From positions 1 to 64,000 of the forward strand of contig CAVXTP010000014.1 in assembly GCA_963764715.1 (NCBI GenBank): DNA of 64,000 nt, given 5' to 3'. The stretch is from an uncultured Acidobacteriota bacterium (GTDB taxonomy: Bacteria; Acidobacteriota; Thermoanaerobaculia; UBA5066; Gp7-AA6). How positions within the stretch are numbered: the stretch's first letter is position 1; each line of letters begins with the position of its first letter. Below the pieces are notes generated by a model. The model was given only the letters and a program-made list of their open reading frames with translations, made no database searches and had not been told where the DNA came from. Position numbers and translations under genes: made by a program. Shown here piece by piece: positions 19,721 through 29,709 of this stretch.

Positions 19721-20139
19721 CACTCGGGAACGACGAGCGCGCCGTCGTCCCACTCGTCGAGCACGCGGGCCCCCGGCGGCCGCACCGGTCCGTAGATCGC
19801 CGCGACCCACCCTCCCGGCGGGCGCTCGGGGGCGAGGCGCACGGGCCGCGGCGCGAAGACGTAGCTCGCCAGATAAAGGTACGGCTCCCCCGCCGGCGCC
19901 CCGTAGAGGGCCACGCCGGCTGCCGTCGCGGGGAGGCGGCGGCGCGCGTTTTCGAGGAACGCGAAGTACCGCCGGTCGAAGGCCGTCCCGGAGCCGCCGA
20001 GCCGCCGGACGTCGACGTCCCGGGGAGCGAAGCGGACGACCGAGCGCACGCGCCGCGGGAGCTCGCCCCACGGCTGCGACGCCAGGATCAGGCCGGCGAG
20101 CAGCGCCGCGGCCGCGACGGCGGCGCCGCGCCGGCTCAC
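19720..20139 (-). CDS. Hypothetical membrane-anchored protein
   Basis: GTG overlaps the glyA stop; N-terminal hydrophobic helix; [12 protein letters not shown]. Confidence 0.6.
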   Translation of the reverse strand: MSRRGAAVAAAALLAGLILASQPWGELPRRVRSVVRFAPRDVDVRRLGGSGTAFDRRYFAFLENARRRLPATAAGVALYGAPAGEPYLYLASYVFAPRPVRLAPERPPGGWVAAIYGPVRPPGARVLDEWDDGALVVPE

Positions 20140-21404
20140 GCCAGAGGGTACGCGGCGCAGAGCTCGGAGACCGTCCGCCGGACCTCGGCCCGGACGGCCG
20201 CGTCCTCGCCGGCCTCGAGCGTTCGCGCGATCGAAGCGCCGATCACGTCCATCTCGGCGGTCCCCATCCCCCGCGTCGTGACCGCGGGCGTTCCGACGCG
20301 GATGCCGGAGGCCACCATCGGCGAGCGCGTGTCGAAGGGGATCGTGTTCTTGTTGACGGTGATGCGGACCTCCTCGAGGAGCTTCTCGGCGTCCTTGCCG
20401 GAGATCCCCTTCTCGCCGACGTCGACGAGCACGAGGTGGTTGTCCGTGCCGCCGGAGACGAGGCGGTGCCCGCGGCCGGACAGCGCGGCCGCCAGGGCCT
20501 TCGCGTTCGCGACGACCCGCTTCTGGTACGCGACGAACTCGGGGGTCGCCGCCTCGGCGAAGGCGACGGCCTTGGCCGCGATGACGTGCTCGAGCGGGCC
20601 GCCCTGCACGCCCGGAAAGACGCTCCGGTCGAGGTCCTTCGCGTGGGCGGCGCGGCAGAGCACGAGGCCCCCGCGGGGGCCGCGCAGCGTCTTGTGGGTC
20701 GTCGTGGTCACGAAGGGCGCGTGGGGCACCGGGGACACGTGCAGGCCGGCGATGACGAGGCCGGCAATGTGGGCGATGTCGCACATCAGGGCGGCGCCGA
20801 CCTCGTCGGCGATGGCGCCGAATTTCGCGAAGTCGATCTCCCGCGCGTAGGCCGAGGCGCCCGCGATGATCATCTTCGGCCGGTGCTCGCGGGCGAGCCG
20901 GGCGAGCGCCTCGAAGTCGATCCGCTCGTCCTCCTTGCGGACGCCGTAGGCCACGACCTTGTATTCACGGCCGGAGAAGGACAGCGGGTGCCCGTGGGTC
21001 AGGTGGCCGCCGTGCGAGAGGTCCATGCCGAGGATCGTGTCGCCCGGCTTGAGGGCCGTGAGGTACACGGACATGTTGGCCTGCGAGCCCGAGTGCGGCT
21101 GCACGTTGGCGTGGTCGGCCGAGAAGAGGGCCTTCGCGCGGTCGATCGCGAGCTGCTCGACCTTGTCCACGTACTCGCAGCCCCCGTAGTAGCGCTTGCC
21201 CGGGTAGCCCTCGGCGTACTTGTTGGTCAGGACGGAGCCCTGCGCCTCGCGGACCGCGCGCGACACCCAGTTCTCCGAGGCGATCAGCTCGATCCCCTCG
21301 TTCTGGCGGCGCCGCTCGGCCTCGATCCAGCGGGCGATCTCGGGGTCGACGGCCGCGAGGTCGCGGTCCATCAGGGCGGCGGCGGGAATTGTCGCGGACG
21401 GCAT
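20136..21404 (-). CDS. glyA: Serine hydroxymethyltransferase
   Basis: [28 protein letters not shown] and [14 protein letters not shown]. Confidence 0.99.
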   Translation of the reverse strand: MPSATIPAAALMDRDLAAVDPEIARWIEAERRRQNEGIELIASENWVSRAVREAQGSVLTNKYAEGYPGKRYYGGCEYVDKVEQLAIDRAKALFSADHANVQPHSGSQANMSVYLTALKPGDTILGMDLSHGGHLTHGHPLSFSGREYKVVAYGVRKEDERIDFEALARLAREHRPKMIIAGASAYAREIDFAKFGAIADEVGAALMCDIAHIAGLVIAGLHVSPVPHAPFVTTTTHKTLRGPRGGLVLCRAAHAKDLDRSVFPGVQGGPLEHVIAAKAVAFAEAATPEFVAYQKRVVANAKALAAALSGRGHRLVSGGTDNHLVLVDVGEKGISGKDAEKLLEEVRITVNKNTIPFDTRSPMVASGIRVGTPAVTTRGMGTAEMDVIGASIARTLEAGEDAAVRAEVRRTVSELCAAYPLA

Positions 21405-21474
21405 GCGGCTCCTTATATCTATCGGAACGACGGGTCGGGCACCGGGCCCGATTGTAAGGCGGCCGGCGCCGGTC

Positions 21475-22749
21475 CTACTCGATCACGAGCTCACGATACT
21501 CGCTGTTGCAGTAGCTGTCGGTCATCCCGGCCAGGTGATCGGCGATCGCCCGGTAGAACCCGGGCCGCGACCGGTAACGCGCCTCGACCTCGCCCTCGAT
21601 CTGGCCGAGCGGGACCTCCCGCAGGAACCGCACCCCGAGCTCCCGCTCGAGCCCGCGCAGGACGTCGTCCGGCAGCAGGCGCGGGTTGTCGCGGTACGCG
21701 GCAAAGAGCCCGGCGAGGACCCGTCGCGCATGCCCGTCGTGACGCGAGACCGGGAAGGAATGGATGATGTGGCGGTAGACGAACTCGCGCAGCTCCGCGT
21801 AGAGCCGCTTGCCGGCGTCCGTGAACGCGACGAGGTCCCCGGGAAGGCGATCGCGACGGGCGTAGAAGTCGTCGGCCGTCGCCACCCGGCTCGCCTCGAG
21901 CCAGCGCTCGATACGGACGCGCGAACCCTCGACGAGGTCGGCCGTGAGCGCGCCGATCATGCCGCGGATGAGCGAGGCCCGGCGCGCCGACGGGTCGGAG
22001 TCGAAGCCCCGCGCCGCGCGCACCTGGCGGGAGATGGCGAGCTCCTCGATCGCCTCCTCCTCGGTCAGCGGCAGGCCGTCCTCCAGGTCGTGCGTCTGCT
22101 GCGCGATCTCGTCGGACCAGTTGACGAGCTGGGCCTCGAGGGACCCTCCCGACTCCAGGCGCAGGCCCTCGGGAAAGTCGAGCGGGAACGGAAAGTCCCG
22201 CGGCCAGGCGGTGTGTTTGAGGACGCCCTCGCGGACGTCGTGCGTCAGGTTCAGCCCCGGCTCCTCGTAGCGCTTCTCGAGCCGGTCGACGACCCGCACC
22301 GACTGGAAGTTGTGCTTGAAGCCGCCCGCCTCCGGGTGGCTCTCGCGGAGCAGGCGGTCGAGCACGTATTCGCCGGAGTGCCCGAAGGGCGTGTGGCCCA
22401 GGTCGTGGCCGATCGCGACGGCCTCGGTCAGGTCCTCGTTCAACCCGAGCGCCCGGGCCGCGCTGCGGGCGATCTGCGCGACCTCGAGGGTGTGGGTCAG
22501 GCGCGTCCGGAAGTGATCGCCCTCGTACGGGATGAAGACCTGCGTCTTGTGCTTCAAGCGCCGGAAAGCGCGCGAGTGGATGATGCGGTCGCGGTCCCGC
22601 GCATAGTTGGTCCGGACGTCGCCCGGGCTCGAGGAGACCGGGCCGTGCGGCCGCTCGGCGCGGGCGCTCTTGGAGGCGAAGATCGCCAGCCGCTCCTCTT
22701 CGAGCTTCTCGAAGTGATCTCGCGTGAAGGCGGCGGCGGCGGTGGTCAT
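21475..22749 (-). CDS. dgt: dGTP/dNTP triphosphohydrolase (HD domain)
   Basis: ATG 22749 overlaps the folC stop; [41 protein letters not shown] and DHLAGMTD. Confidence 0.93.
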   Translation of the reverse strand: MTTAAAAFTRDHFEKLEEERLAIFASKSARAERPHGPVSSSPGDVRTNYARDRDRIIHSRAFRRLKHKTQVFIPYEGDHFRTRLTHTLEVAQIARSAARALGLNEDLTEAVAIGHDLGHTPFGHSGEYVLDRLLRESHPEAGGFKHNFQSVRVVDRLEKRYEEPGLNLTHDVREGVLKHTAWPRDFPFPLDFPEGLRLESGGSLEAQLVNWSDEIAQQTHDLEDGLPLTEEEAIEELAISRQVRAARGFDSDPSARRASLIRGMIGALTADLVEGSRVRIERWLEASRVATADDFYARRDRLPGDLVAFTDAGKRLYAELREFVYRHIIHSFPVSRHDGHARRVLAGLFAAYRDNPRLLPDDVLRGLERELGVRFLREVPLGQIEGEVEARYRSRPGFYRAIADHLAGMTDSYCNSEYRELVIE

Positions 22750-24026
22750 GGTTTTTCGTCGAGACGGCCGGAGAGAAGCGCGCGCGCCTCGCCGACCAGG
22801 TACAGAGAGCCCGCGACGATTATAGGTTCGCGGCGGGGCGCCGCGAGCAGCTCTTCCAGGGCCACCGCCAGGGCCGGAGCGGCCGCCGCGTCCGGCCGCG
22901 CGGACCCGAACCGCCGCACGAGCTCCTCCGGGGAAGCGGCGCGGGGCGAGGCCAGCGGCACCAGCCGGATGCGCCCGACCACGGGACCGAGCGACGCCGC
23001 CATCGATTCGACGTCCTTGTCGGCCATGGCGCCGAAGACGAGGTCTGGCCGCAGCCTCGCTCCGGCGAGGAACCGCGCCAGCGCCTCCGCGCCGGCGGCG
23101 TTGTGGCACCCGTCGAGCAGGACCGTCGCACCGCGGAACGGGAAGGCCTCGAGGCGCCCCGGCCAGCGGACGGACTCGACCCCCCGCAGGACCGCCTCCG
23201 GGTCGATCTGCGGGCGCAGGAACTCCGCCGCGCGCACGGCCGCCGAGGCGTTTTCGATCTGGTGCCGGCCCGGAAGCGGCGTCTCGAGCTCGTAGGCCCG
23301 CCGCGGAGTCTCCAGCCGGAACCGCGAGCCTTCCAGGCCCGAGCGCCGGACCTCGACGCGCGTCTCTTCGGGGAGCTCGTGGAGCTGCGCCCCGATCCGC
23401 GCGGCCGCGTCGCGGAACACGGCCCGGACTCCGGGCTCGCGGCTGACGGTCAGCGCCGGCCGGCCGGCGCGGAACACGCCGGCCTTCTCGCCGGCGATCG
23501 ACTCGAGGGTCGGCCCCAGGTCCTCGACGTGATCGAGGCCGATCGCCGTGACGACCGAGATGGCCGCCGGGGCGACGTTCGTGGCGTCGAGCCGCCCGCC
23601 GAGACCGACCTCGAGGACGGCGAGGTCGAGCCCGTCCCGGGAGAACGTCACGAACGCCGCCGCCGTCATGGCTTCGAAATACGTGAGCGGCAGAGCCGGC
23701 GCACGGTCGGCCGCGGCGAAGACCTCCTCGAGACGCGCATCGAGCTCGTCGGCCGCGATGTCGTCCCGGCCGATGCGGATCCGCTCGGTCACCGACTCGA
23801 GGTGGGGCGAGGTGTAGAGCCCCGCCTTGATCCCCAGCTCGCCGGCGATCGAGGCCAGCATGGCCGCGGTCGAGCCCTTGCCGTTGGTCCCGGAGACGAG
23901 CACCGACGCGACGGCGCGCTCGGGCCGGCCGAGCCGCTCGCAGACCTCGTCGATGGCCGCGAGGCCGAGCTTGATTCCGCGCAGGTCGAGCGCCTCGAGG
24001 CGCGCGAGCGACGGGAGTCGTGGCAT
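22746..24026 (-). CDS. folC: Folylpolyglutamate/dihydrofolate synthase
   Basis: ATG 24026; GTNGKGS, YTSPHL, LEVGLGGRLDATN, WPGRLE, LDGCHN and AGSLYLVG. Confidence 0.95.
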   Translation of the reverse strand: MPRLPSLARLEALDLRGIKLGLAAIDEVCERLGRPERAVASVLVSGTNGKGSTAAMLASIAGELGIKAGLYTSPHLESVTERIRIGRDDIAADELDARLEEVFAAADRAPALPLTYFEAMTAAAFVTFSRDGLDLAVLEVGLGGRLDATNVAPAAISVVTAIGLDHVEDLGPTLESIAGEKAGVFRAGRPALTVSREPGVRAVFRDAAARIGAQLHELPEETRVEVRRSGLEGSRFRLETPRRAYELETPLPGRHQIENASAAVRAAEFLRPQIDPEAVLRGVESVRWPGRLEAFPFRGATVLLDGCHNAAGAEALARFLAGARLRPDLVFGAMADKDVESMAASLGPVVGRIRLVPLASPRAASPEELVRRFGSARPDAAAAPALAVALEELLAAPRREPIIVAGSLYLVGEARALLSGRLDEKP

Positions 24027-24050
24027 GATCCCGGTCACACGAAACTCGCC

Positions 24051-25886
24051 ATGCGACGCGGAGCTTACAGGACGGCCGGCGTGTTCCTCGGGGCGACCCT
24101 CGCGGGAACGCGGGCGGCGACCGGCGCGGACGAGGACGTGATCCGCGCCGCGATCGCGCGGAGCGTCCCCCTTCTCCAGTCGAGCGCGCAGACCTGGATC
24201 GAGAAGCGGGCATGCGTCTCGTGCCATCACCAGGCCCTGGGAGCGCTCGCCGTGAGCGCGGCGCGAACCCGGGGCTTTCGCGTGGACGAGGCCCTCGTCG
24301 ACGCACAGCTCTCCCGCATGCACCCCGCGGAGCCTCGGGACCTGCTCGTGGGCGATGGCGGGATCAACGGGCAGTTCGGCCGCAGCTACATGCTGGTCGG
24401 GCTGGCGGGCGCGGGCGTCCCGCCGAGCCCGGTCACCGACGTCATGGCGCACTTCGTCGCGGGAAAGCAGGCGGCCGACGGGCGCTGGCCGTCCTTGAGC
24501 CACCGACCGCCGCTCGAGGATTCCGAGGTCGCCGTCACCGCGCTGGCGATCCGGGCCCTGGAGGCCTATGGCGCGGCGGGCCGGGCCGACGAGACGCGCC
24601 GGCGCATCGCGCGCGCCTCGGCGTGGCTCGAGGCGGCGCCGGTGAGGACGAACGAGGACCGCACCTTCCGGCTGCTCGGCCTCTCCTGGTCGGGCGCGCC
24701 GGCGGCCGCGACTTCCGGGGCAGCGGGCGCTCTACGCTCCGCCCAGCGCTTCGACGGCGGCTGGGCGCAGCTCGAGACCCGCGGCAGCGACGCCTACGCC
24801 ACGGGGCAGGCGCTCGTCGCGCTGAACCAGGCTGGGGGTGTACCTGGGACCGATCCGTTGTATGGACGCGGCATCGCCTACCTGCTTCGAACGCAGCGGC
24901 CGGACGGCACCTGGCGCGTCGACACGCGGCGGCGCGGGGAAGGGCTCCCCTACTTCGAAACGGGATTTCCTCACGGCGAGGACCAGTTCATCTCGTACGC
25001 CGCCAGCGCGTGGGCCACGATCGCGCTCGCGATCGCGCTGCCCGGTCCGCCGCTCGACGTCTTCGCCGTGGCGCCGGCGTCGCGGCCGATCCGGCGCGTC
25101 GAGCCCCAGGCCCGAATCGCGCTGCCTCCGCTGCACGCGGCCGTGCTCTTCGGCTCGCCCGACGAGCTGCGGGCCCGTCTCGACGCCGGCGACGATCCCG
25201 ACGCCGCCCTCGGAGACACCGGCATCACGCCGCTCATGTGCGCCGTCCACGACCCGGCGCGCGTGCGCCTGCTGCTCGAACGCGGCGCCCGGCCGGATGC
25301 CCGCTCGGCGGAGGGCCACTCCGCGCTGCTTCTGGCCGCCGGCTACGACGGCTCGCGGGAGTCGGTCCGGCTCCTGCTCGAACGCGGCGCCGATCCCCGG
25401 GCCAAAGGCGCCTCCGGCCTCACGCCGATCATGGCGGCGGCGGAGAGCGCGGACGCCGCCAAGATCGACCTGCTGCTCGCGGCCGGCGCCTCCCTCGAGG
25501 AGGGCGCCCCCGAAGCCACGCCGCTCCTGATCGCGACGTTTCAGCGCGACCCGGCGCTCCTGCGACGGCTGGCGGACCGCGGGGCGGATACCGGCCTCGG
25601 GGCCCTCCTGGCGGCGTCGAACGACGGATCGACGGAGGCCGTCCGGGCGCTCATCGACGTCGGCGCGCCCGTCGACGAGTCGGAGGACGACGGCACGATG
25701 GCCTTGCACTGGGCCGCCGCCGCGGATCCGGGCCACACGCAGATCGTCGAGGCCCTCGTCGCGGCGGGCGCCGACCCCAATGCGCGCACCCTCGACGGGC
25801 GCACGCCGCTTTCCGAGGCCGAACGATTCGGGAACTGGGCGATCGCCGACCGCCTGCGCGCGGCCGGGGCCCGCTGCGACGAATGA
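24051..25886 (+). CDS. Exported prenyltransferase/squalene-cyclase-repeat plus ankyrin-repeat protein with one CxxCH
   Basis: ATG 24051; signal peptide; CVSCH; QW-like repeats QAADGRW, QRFDGGW and QRPDGTW; C-terminal ankyrin repeats (GITPLM, GLTPIM, GRTPL). Confidence 0.8.
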   Translation: MRRGAYRTAGVFLGATLAGTRAATGADEDVIRAAIARSVPLLQSSAQTWIEKRACVSCHHQALGALAVSAARTRGFRVDEALVDAQLSRMHPAEPRDLLVGDGGINGQFGRSYMLVGLAGAGVPPSPVTDVMAHFVAGKQAADGRWPSLSHRPPLEDSEVAVTALAIRALEAYGAAGRADETRRRIARASAWLEAAPVRTNEDRTFRLLGLSWSGAPAAATSGAAGALRSAQRFDGGWAQLETRGSDAYATGQALVALNQAGGVPGTDPLYGRGIAYLLRTQRPDGTWRVDTRRRGEGLPYFETGFPHGEDQFISYAASAWATIALAIALPGPPLDVFAVAPASRPIRRVEPQARIALPPLHAAVLFGSPDELRARLDAGDDPDAALGDTGITPLMCAVHDPARVRLLLERGARPDARSAEGHSALLLAAGYDGSRESVRLLLERGADPRAKGASGLTPIMAAAESADAAKIDLLLAAGASLEEGAPEATPLLIATFQRDPALLRRLADRGADTGLGALLAASNDGSTEAVRALIDVGAPVDESEDDGTMALHWAAAADPGHTQIVEALVAAGADPNARTLDGRTPLSEAERFGNWAIADRLRAAGARCDE

Positions 25887-25890
25887 ACGG

Positions 25891-26745
25891 CTAGGACGAG
25901 CCCGGGCCGTAGAGCAGGCGCAGGCAGCGGGCCAGGGTGGCCTTCATCTCGGAGCGGTCGACGATGAAGTCGAGCATGCCGTGCTCGAGGAGGAACTCCG
26001 AGCGCTGGAAACCCTCCGGCAGCGTCTGCCGGATCGTCTGCTCGATGACGCGCGGGCCGGCGAAACCGATCAGGGCGTTGGGCTCCGCGACGTTCAAGTC
26101 CCCGAGCATCGCGTAGGACGCCGTCACGCCGCCCGTCGTCGGATCGGTCATGACCGAGATGTACGGGATCTTCCCTTCCGCGAGCCGGCCGAGAGCGGCC
26201 GAGATCTTGGCCATCTGCATCAGGGACAGGATGCCTTCCTGCATCCGCGCTCCGCCCGAGGTCGAGACCAGGATGAGCGGCTTTCGCTCCGCGAGCGCCC
26301 GCTCGGCCGCCCGGGCGATCTTCTCGCCGACGACCGAGCCCATGGATCCCGCCATGAAGAAGAACTCCATGGCCCCGATGATCACCGGGATCCCCTCCAT
26401 CGAGCCCGACCCGATGACGATCGCGTCCGAAGTCCCCACCTGTTCCTCGGCGGTGCGCAGCCGGTCTCGGTACTTCTTGCTGTCGCGGAAGCGGAGCGGG
26501 TCCGACGAGCGCAGGTTCGAGTCGTGCTCGACGTACTTCTCGTCGTCGAAGAGCATCCGGAGCCGTTCCGGCGCCGAAAGGCGGAAGTGAAACCCGCACT
26601 TCGGGCAGATCTTGAAGTTCCGCGCAAGCTCCTTGTTGTAGAGGATCTGGCGGCAGCTGTCGCACTTGACCCACAGGCCTTCCGGCACCTTGCTGGTGCG
26701 CCCTTCGCGGGGCTCCTTGGGGGCCCGGTCTTTCTTGAACCACAT
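25891..26745 (-). CDS. accD: Acetyl-CoA carboxylase carboxyltransferase beta subunit
   Basis: GLWVKC Zn finger, GSMGSVVGEK, SGGARMQEG and PTTGGVTAS. Confidence 0.99.
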   Translation of the reverse strand: MWFKKDRAPKEPREGRTSKVPEGLWVKCDSCRQILYNKELARNFKICPKCGFHFRLSAPERLRMLFDDEKYVEHDSNLRSSDPLRFRDSKKYRDRLRTAEEQVGTSDAIVIGSGSMEGIPVIIGAMEFFFMAGSMGSVVGEKIARAAERALAERKPLILVSTSGGARMQEGILSLMQMAKISAALGRLAEGKIPYISVMTDPTTGGVTASYAMLGDLNVAEPNALIGFAGPRVIEQTIRQTLPEGFQRSEFLLEHGMLDFIVDRSEMKATLARCLRLLYGPGSS

Positions 26746-26793
26746 GGGAAGGTGCGAATGCTAGCAGAGGGCGAGCGGGGGCTCCGCCGCCCC

Positions 26794-27582
26794 TCAGTGA
26801 TCGACGGAATGCACTGGCAGGATGGAACTTCGCGGCGCCAGTCCCCCTCCGCGGTCCTCGAAGCGGACCCCGAAGGCCCGCGAGAGGTTCTCCGGGGTCA
26901 GGACCTCCGCCCGGCTCCCCTGGGCCACCGTGCGGCCGGCCTTCAGCAGCAGGAACCGGGACGCCAGGTCCGCGGCGAGACCGACCTCGTGCGTCACGAG
27001 GAGCACGGTCGTCCGCCGCTCGCCGTGCACCCGCCACAGCGTCTCGAGGTATTCGAGGCGGTGCCGCGGATCGAGGCCCGCGGTCGGCTCGTCGAGCAGC
27101 CACACCTCCGCCTCCTGCGCGAGCGCCCGCGCCAGGAACACCCGCCGCCGTTCGCCCCCCGACAGCGCCGCCGCGTCGCGGTCGGCCAGGCCCTCGACGT
27201 CGCAGGCGCGCATCGCCTCGAGCGCGAGCCTCCGGTCTTCGGGAGTCTCGGCCACGAAACCGCGGCCGTGCGGCGCGCGTCCCTGCAGGACGAGATCGAG
27301 CGAGCGGATCGGAAAGACGAGCTCGACGCTCTGGGGGACGTAGGCGATGCGCCGGGCGGTCTCGCGCCGCGGGATCGAATCGAGGGGCCGGCCGTCGAAG
27401 CGGATCTCGCCGCCCGCGACCGGGAGCACGCGGGCCAGGACCTTCAGGAAGCTCGACTTGCCGGAGCCGTTCTCGCCGAGGATCGCGACGACCTCGCCGG
27501 CCGCGACGTCGGCGTCGAGCCCCACGAGGGCCGCATTCGCCCCGTAACGCGCCGCGAGGGCCCTCGCTTCGATCAGGCTCAC
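26794..27582 (-). CDS. ABC transporter ATPase (BtuD/FecE-like)
   Basis: GTG 27582 coupled to the permease stop; GENGSGKS, LSGGE and LLDEPT. Confidence 0.9.
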   Translation of the reverse strand: MSLIEARALAARYGANAALVGLDADVAAGEVVAILGENGSGKSSFLKVLARVLPVAGGEIRFDGRPLDSIPRRETARRIAYVPQSVELVFPIRSLDLVLQGRAPHGRGFVAETPEDRRLALEAMRACDVEGLADRDAAALSGGERRRVFLARALAQEAEVWLLDEPTAGLDPRHRLEYLETLWRVHGERRTTVLLVTHEVGLAADLASRFLLLKAGRTVAQGSRAEVLTPENLSRAFGVRFEDRGGGLAPRSSILPVHSVDH

Positions 27583-28565
27583 GGGTTCCTCAGCAGCAGC
27601 CACGCGAACAGCGGGGCGCCGATCGCCGCGGTCAGGGCGCCGATGGGAAGCTCCGCCGGGGCGATGGCCGCCCGCGAGACCGCGTCGGCCGCGACGAGCA
27701 GGGCCGCTCCCGCGAGCCCCGAGAGGGGCAGCAGCGTGCGCTGGTCGTTGCCGGTCAGAAGGCGCACTCCGTGGGGCACGAGAAGGCCCACGAACCCGAT
27801 CACGCCCGCGAAGGCCACGGCGGCTCCCGTCAGGAGCGACGCGGCGAGAAACACGATCCGCTTGGCGCGCTCGACGTCGACGCCGAGCGCGCCGGCGTTC
27901 TCCTCGCCCACGGCCAGCAGGTTCAGCCGCGGCGCCATGGCCGCGAGCACCAGGCCGCCGGCCAGCGCGTAGGGCAGCAGCACCGCGACCCGAAGCGGCG
28001 CGGCGTCCGCCAGGCTTCCCATCATCCAGAAGAGCATGGACCGCGCGGCCTCGCCGGAGGCCACCGAGAACGCGGCGAGAAGGAGCGCCGAGAAGAAGGC
28101 GTTGGCGACGAGACCGGCGAGGAGGAGCCGCTGCAGGTCGAGCCGTCCTCCGCGCCGCGCGAGCGCCGCCACGCCGACCGACGCGACGGCCGCGCCCACG
28201 AACGCCGCCGCCGGGGACACGAGGGGCGAGGCCCCGGCGAGCGCCGCGCAGGCCGCGCCCGCGGCGGCGCCGCCCGAGGTGCCGAGCAGGAACGGGTCGG
28301 CGAGCGGATTCTTGAGCAGCGCCTGGAGCGCCGCGCCCGCGAGGGCGAGGCAGCCGCCGACGAGCGCCGCGAGGGCCACCCGGGGCCAGCGCAGCGCCGC
28401 GAGCAGGCGGGCGCGCTCGCCCGCCGCGCCGTCGCCCGAGACGAGGTCCCCGATCGACAGCGAAACGCCGCCCACGGAGAAGGCGACCGCCGCGAGCACG
28501 AGCAGGGCGGCGAGTCCCAGCGCGATCGCGAGGGCCCGTCCACCCGCGGTCCTCGGGCCCCTCAC
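27579..28565 (-). CDS. FecCD/BtuC family permease
   Basis: RWPRV, LQALLKNPLADPFLLG, GVIGFVGLLVPH and ELPIG. Confidence 0.92.
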   Translation of the reverse strand: MRGPRTAGGRALAIALGLAALLVLAAVAFSVGGVSLSIGDLVSGDGAAGERARLLAALRWPRVALAALVGGCLALAGAALQALLKNPLADPFLLGTSGGAAAGAACAALAGASPLVSPAAAFVGAAVASVGVAALARRGGRLDLQRLLLAGLVANAFFSALLLAAFSVASGEAARSMLFWMMGSLADAAPLRVAVLLPYALAGGLVLAAMAPRLNLLAVGEENAGALGVDVERAKRIVFLAASLLTGAAVAFAGVIGFVGLLVPHGVRLLTGNDQRTLLPLSGLAGAALLVAADAVSRAAIAPAELPIGALTAAIGAPLFAWLLLRNP

Positions 28566-29464
28566 CGGATCGCGCCCTCCAGCCGCTCGAGCATGTCGAA
28601 GACCCGCGGGCCCGGCCGCGTCAGGGCCGACTCGTCGAGCCGGACGATCCGGGCGCGGGCAATCGGCCCGCGCGACAGCGGTCCCGAGGCGAGCGCCGCG
28701 TCGAAGGCCGCGCGCGTCTCGGAAGAGTCGGGCAGGACGAGCACGTCGACGTCGGCCGTCGCGAGGTACTCCCGGGAGAGCACGGGCCAGCCCTTCCGGT
28801 CCGAGACGAGATTGTCGGCGCCGGCCTCCGAGAGCACGTCGCTCAGGAACGTTCCGCCGCCCGCCGCCTGCGGCGGCGCCGGCCAGACGACCAGCAGCGT
28901 CCGCGGACGGCGTTTCCCCGCGGCGCGGGACCGAACGGCCGAACGCCGGCGCTCGAGCGACGCGGCGAGCTCCCTCGCCTCGTCCGGGCGGCCGAGCCGG
29001 TCGCCGACGATGCGGATCGCGTCGAGCACCGCGTCGAGGGAGCCCGAGGGGACCACGGCGACGGGCATTCCCGCCGCGGCGAGCGCTTCCACGGCGCCGC
29101 GCGCGTTGCCCTCGGCGACGGCGAGGACGAGGTCGGGATCGAGCGCGGCGACCTTCTCCGGGTCGACCTCGAGACCGCCGACGCGCGGGATCGCCTTCGC
29201 GGCTTCCGGGAAATCGGAGTGCTCCGACACGCCCACGAGCGTACCGCCCGCCCCGAGCGCGAAGACGATCTCCGTCAGGTTGGGAGCGAGCGCGACCACG
29301 CGCCGCGGCCGGATCGCGGCGGCGGGCGGGGCGCCTCGGGACGCGGCCGGGCGCTCGGCGCGGCATCCGCCGGGGACGAGGGGAATCGCGAGGAGTGCGC
29401 CAAGAAGGGAAAGCGCGAAGACGCGGCGGCGCCCTGGGGCGCCGCCCCCGACGGAGCCGGTTAT
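28562..29464 (-). CDS. Helical-backbone substrate-binding lipoprotein (BtuF-like); start uncertain (ATA 29464 or GTG 29515)
   Basis: Lipobox PGGC, RVVALAPNLTEIVFALGAG and TRPGPR. Confidence 0.85.
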   Translation of the reverse strand: MTGSVGGGAPGRRRVFALSLLGALLAIPLVPGGCRAERPAASRGAPPAAAIRPRRVVALAPNLTEIVFALGAGGTLVGVSEHSDFPEAAKAIPRVGGLEVDPEKVAALDPDLVLAVAEGNARGAVEALAAAGMPVAVVPSGSLDAVLDAIRIVGDRLGRPDEARELAASLERRRSAVRSRAAGKRRPRTLLVVWPAPPQAAGGGTFLSDVLSEAGADNLVSDRKGWPVLSREYLATADVDVLVLPDSSETRAAFDAALASGPLSRGPIARARIVRLDESALTRPGPRVFDMLERLEGAIR

Positions 29465-29685
29465 CCCTGGGCCTCGGCCTCTTCGAGCTCGTTGCGAACG
29501 CCGAGCCGCTGGCACGCCGCATCGTACATCTGGCGCGCGGCCTTCTGGGCGTTCTGGAGCTCGGCCAGCCGGTCCTTGACCTTGGCGAGCTCCTCCTGAA
29601 TCTCCCCTTCGAGCTCCTCGATCTCCCGCTTCGTCACCGACAGGGTGTTTTCGTAGAACTTTTTCTGATCCCCTGAAAGGGCCAT
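29461..29685 (-). CDS. 74-aa coiled-coil protein
   Basis: Strong SD (GAGGAGG), genome-like codon use, heptad-patterned helix. Confidence 0.8.
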   Translation of the reverse strand: MALSGDQKKFYENTLSVTKREIEELEGEIQEELAKVKDRLAELQNAQKAARQMYDAACQRLGVRNELEEAEAQG

Positions 29686-29709
29686 CCCGCTGACCTCCTC
29701 AATTCCTCG

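Noticed and set aside
24051-25100. Squalene-hopene cyclase
   Set aside because: Only one barrel-sized region, no DxDD motif, and it has a signal peptide and ankyrin repeats.
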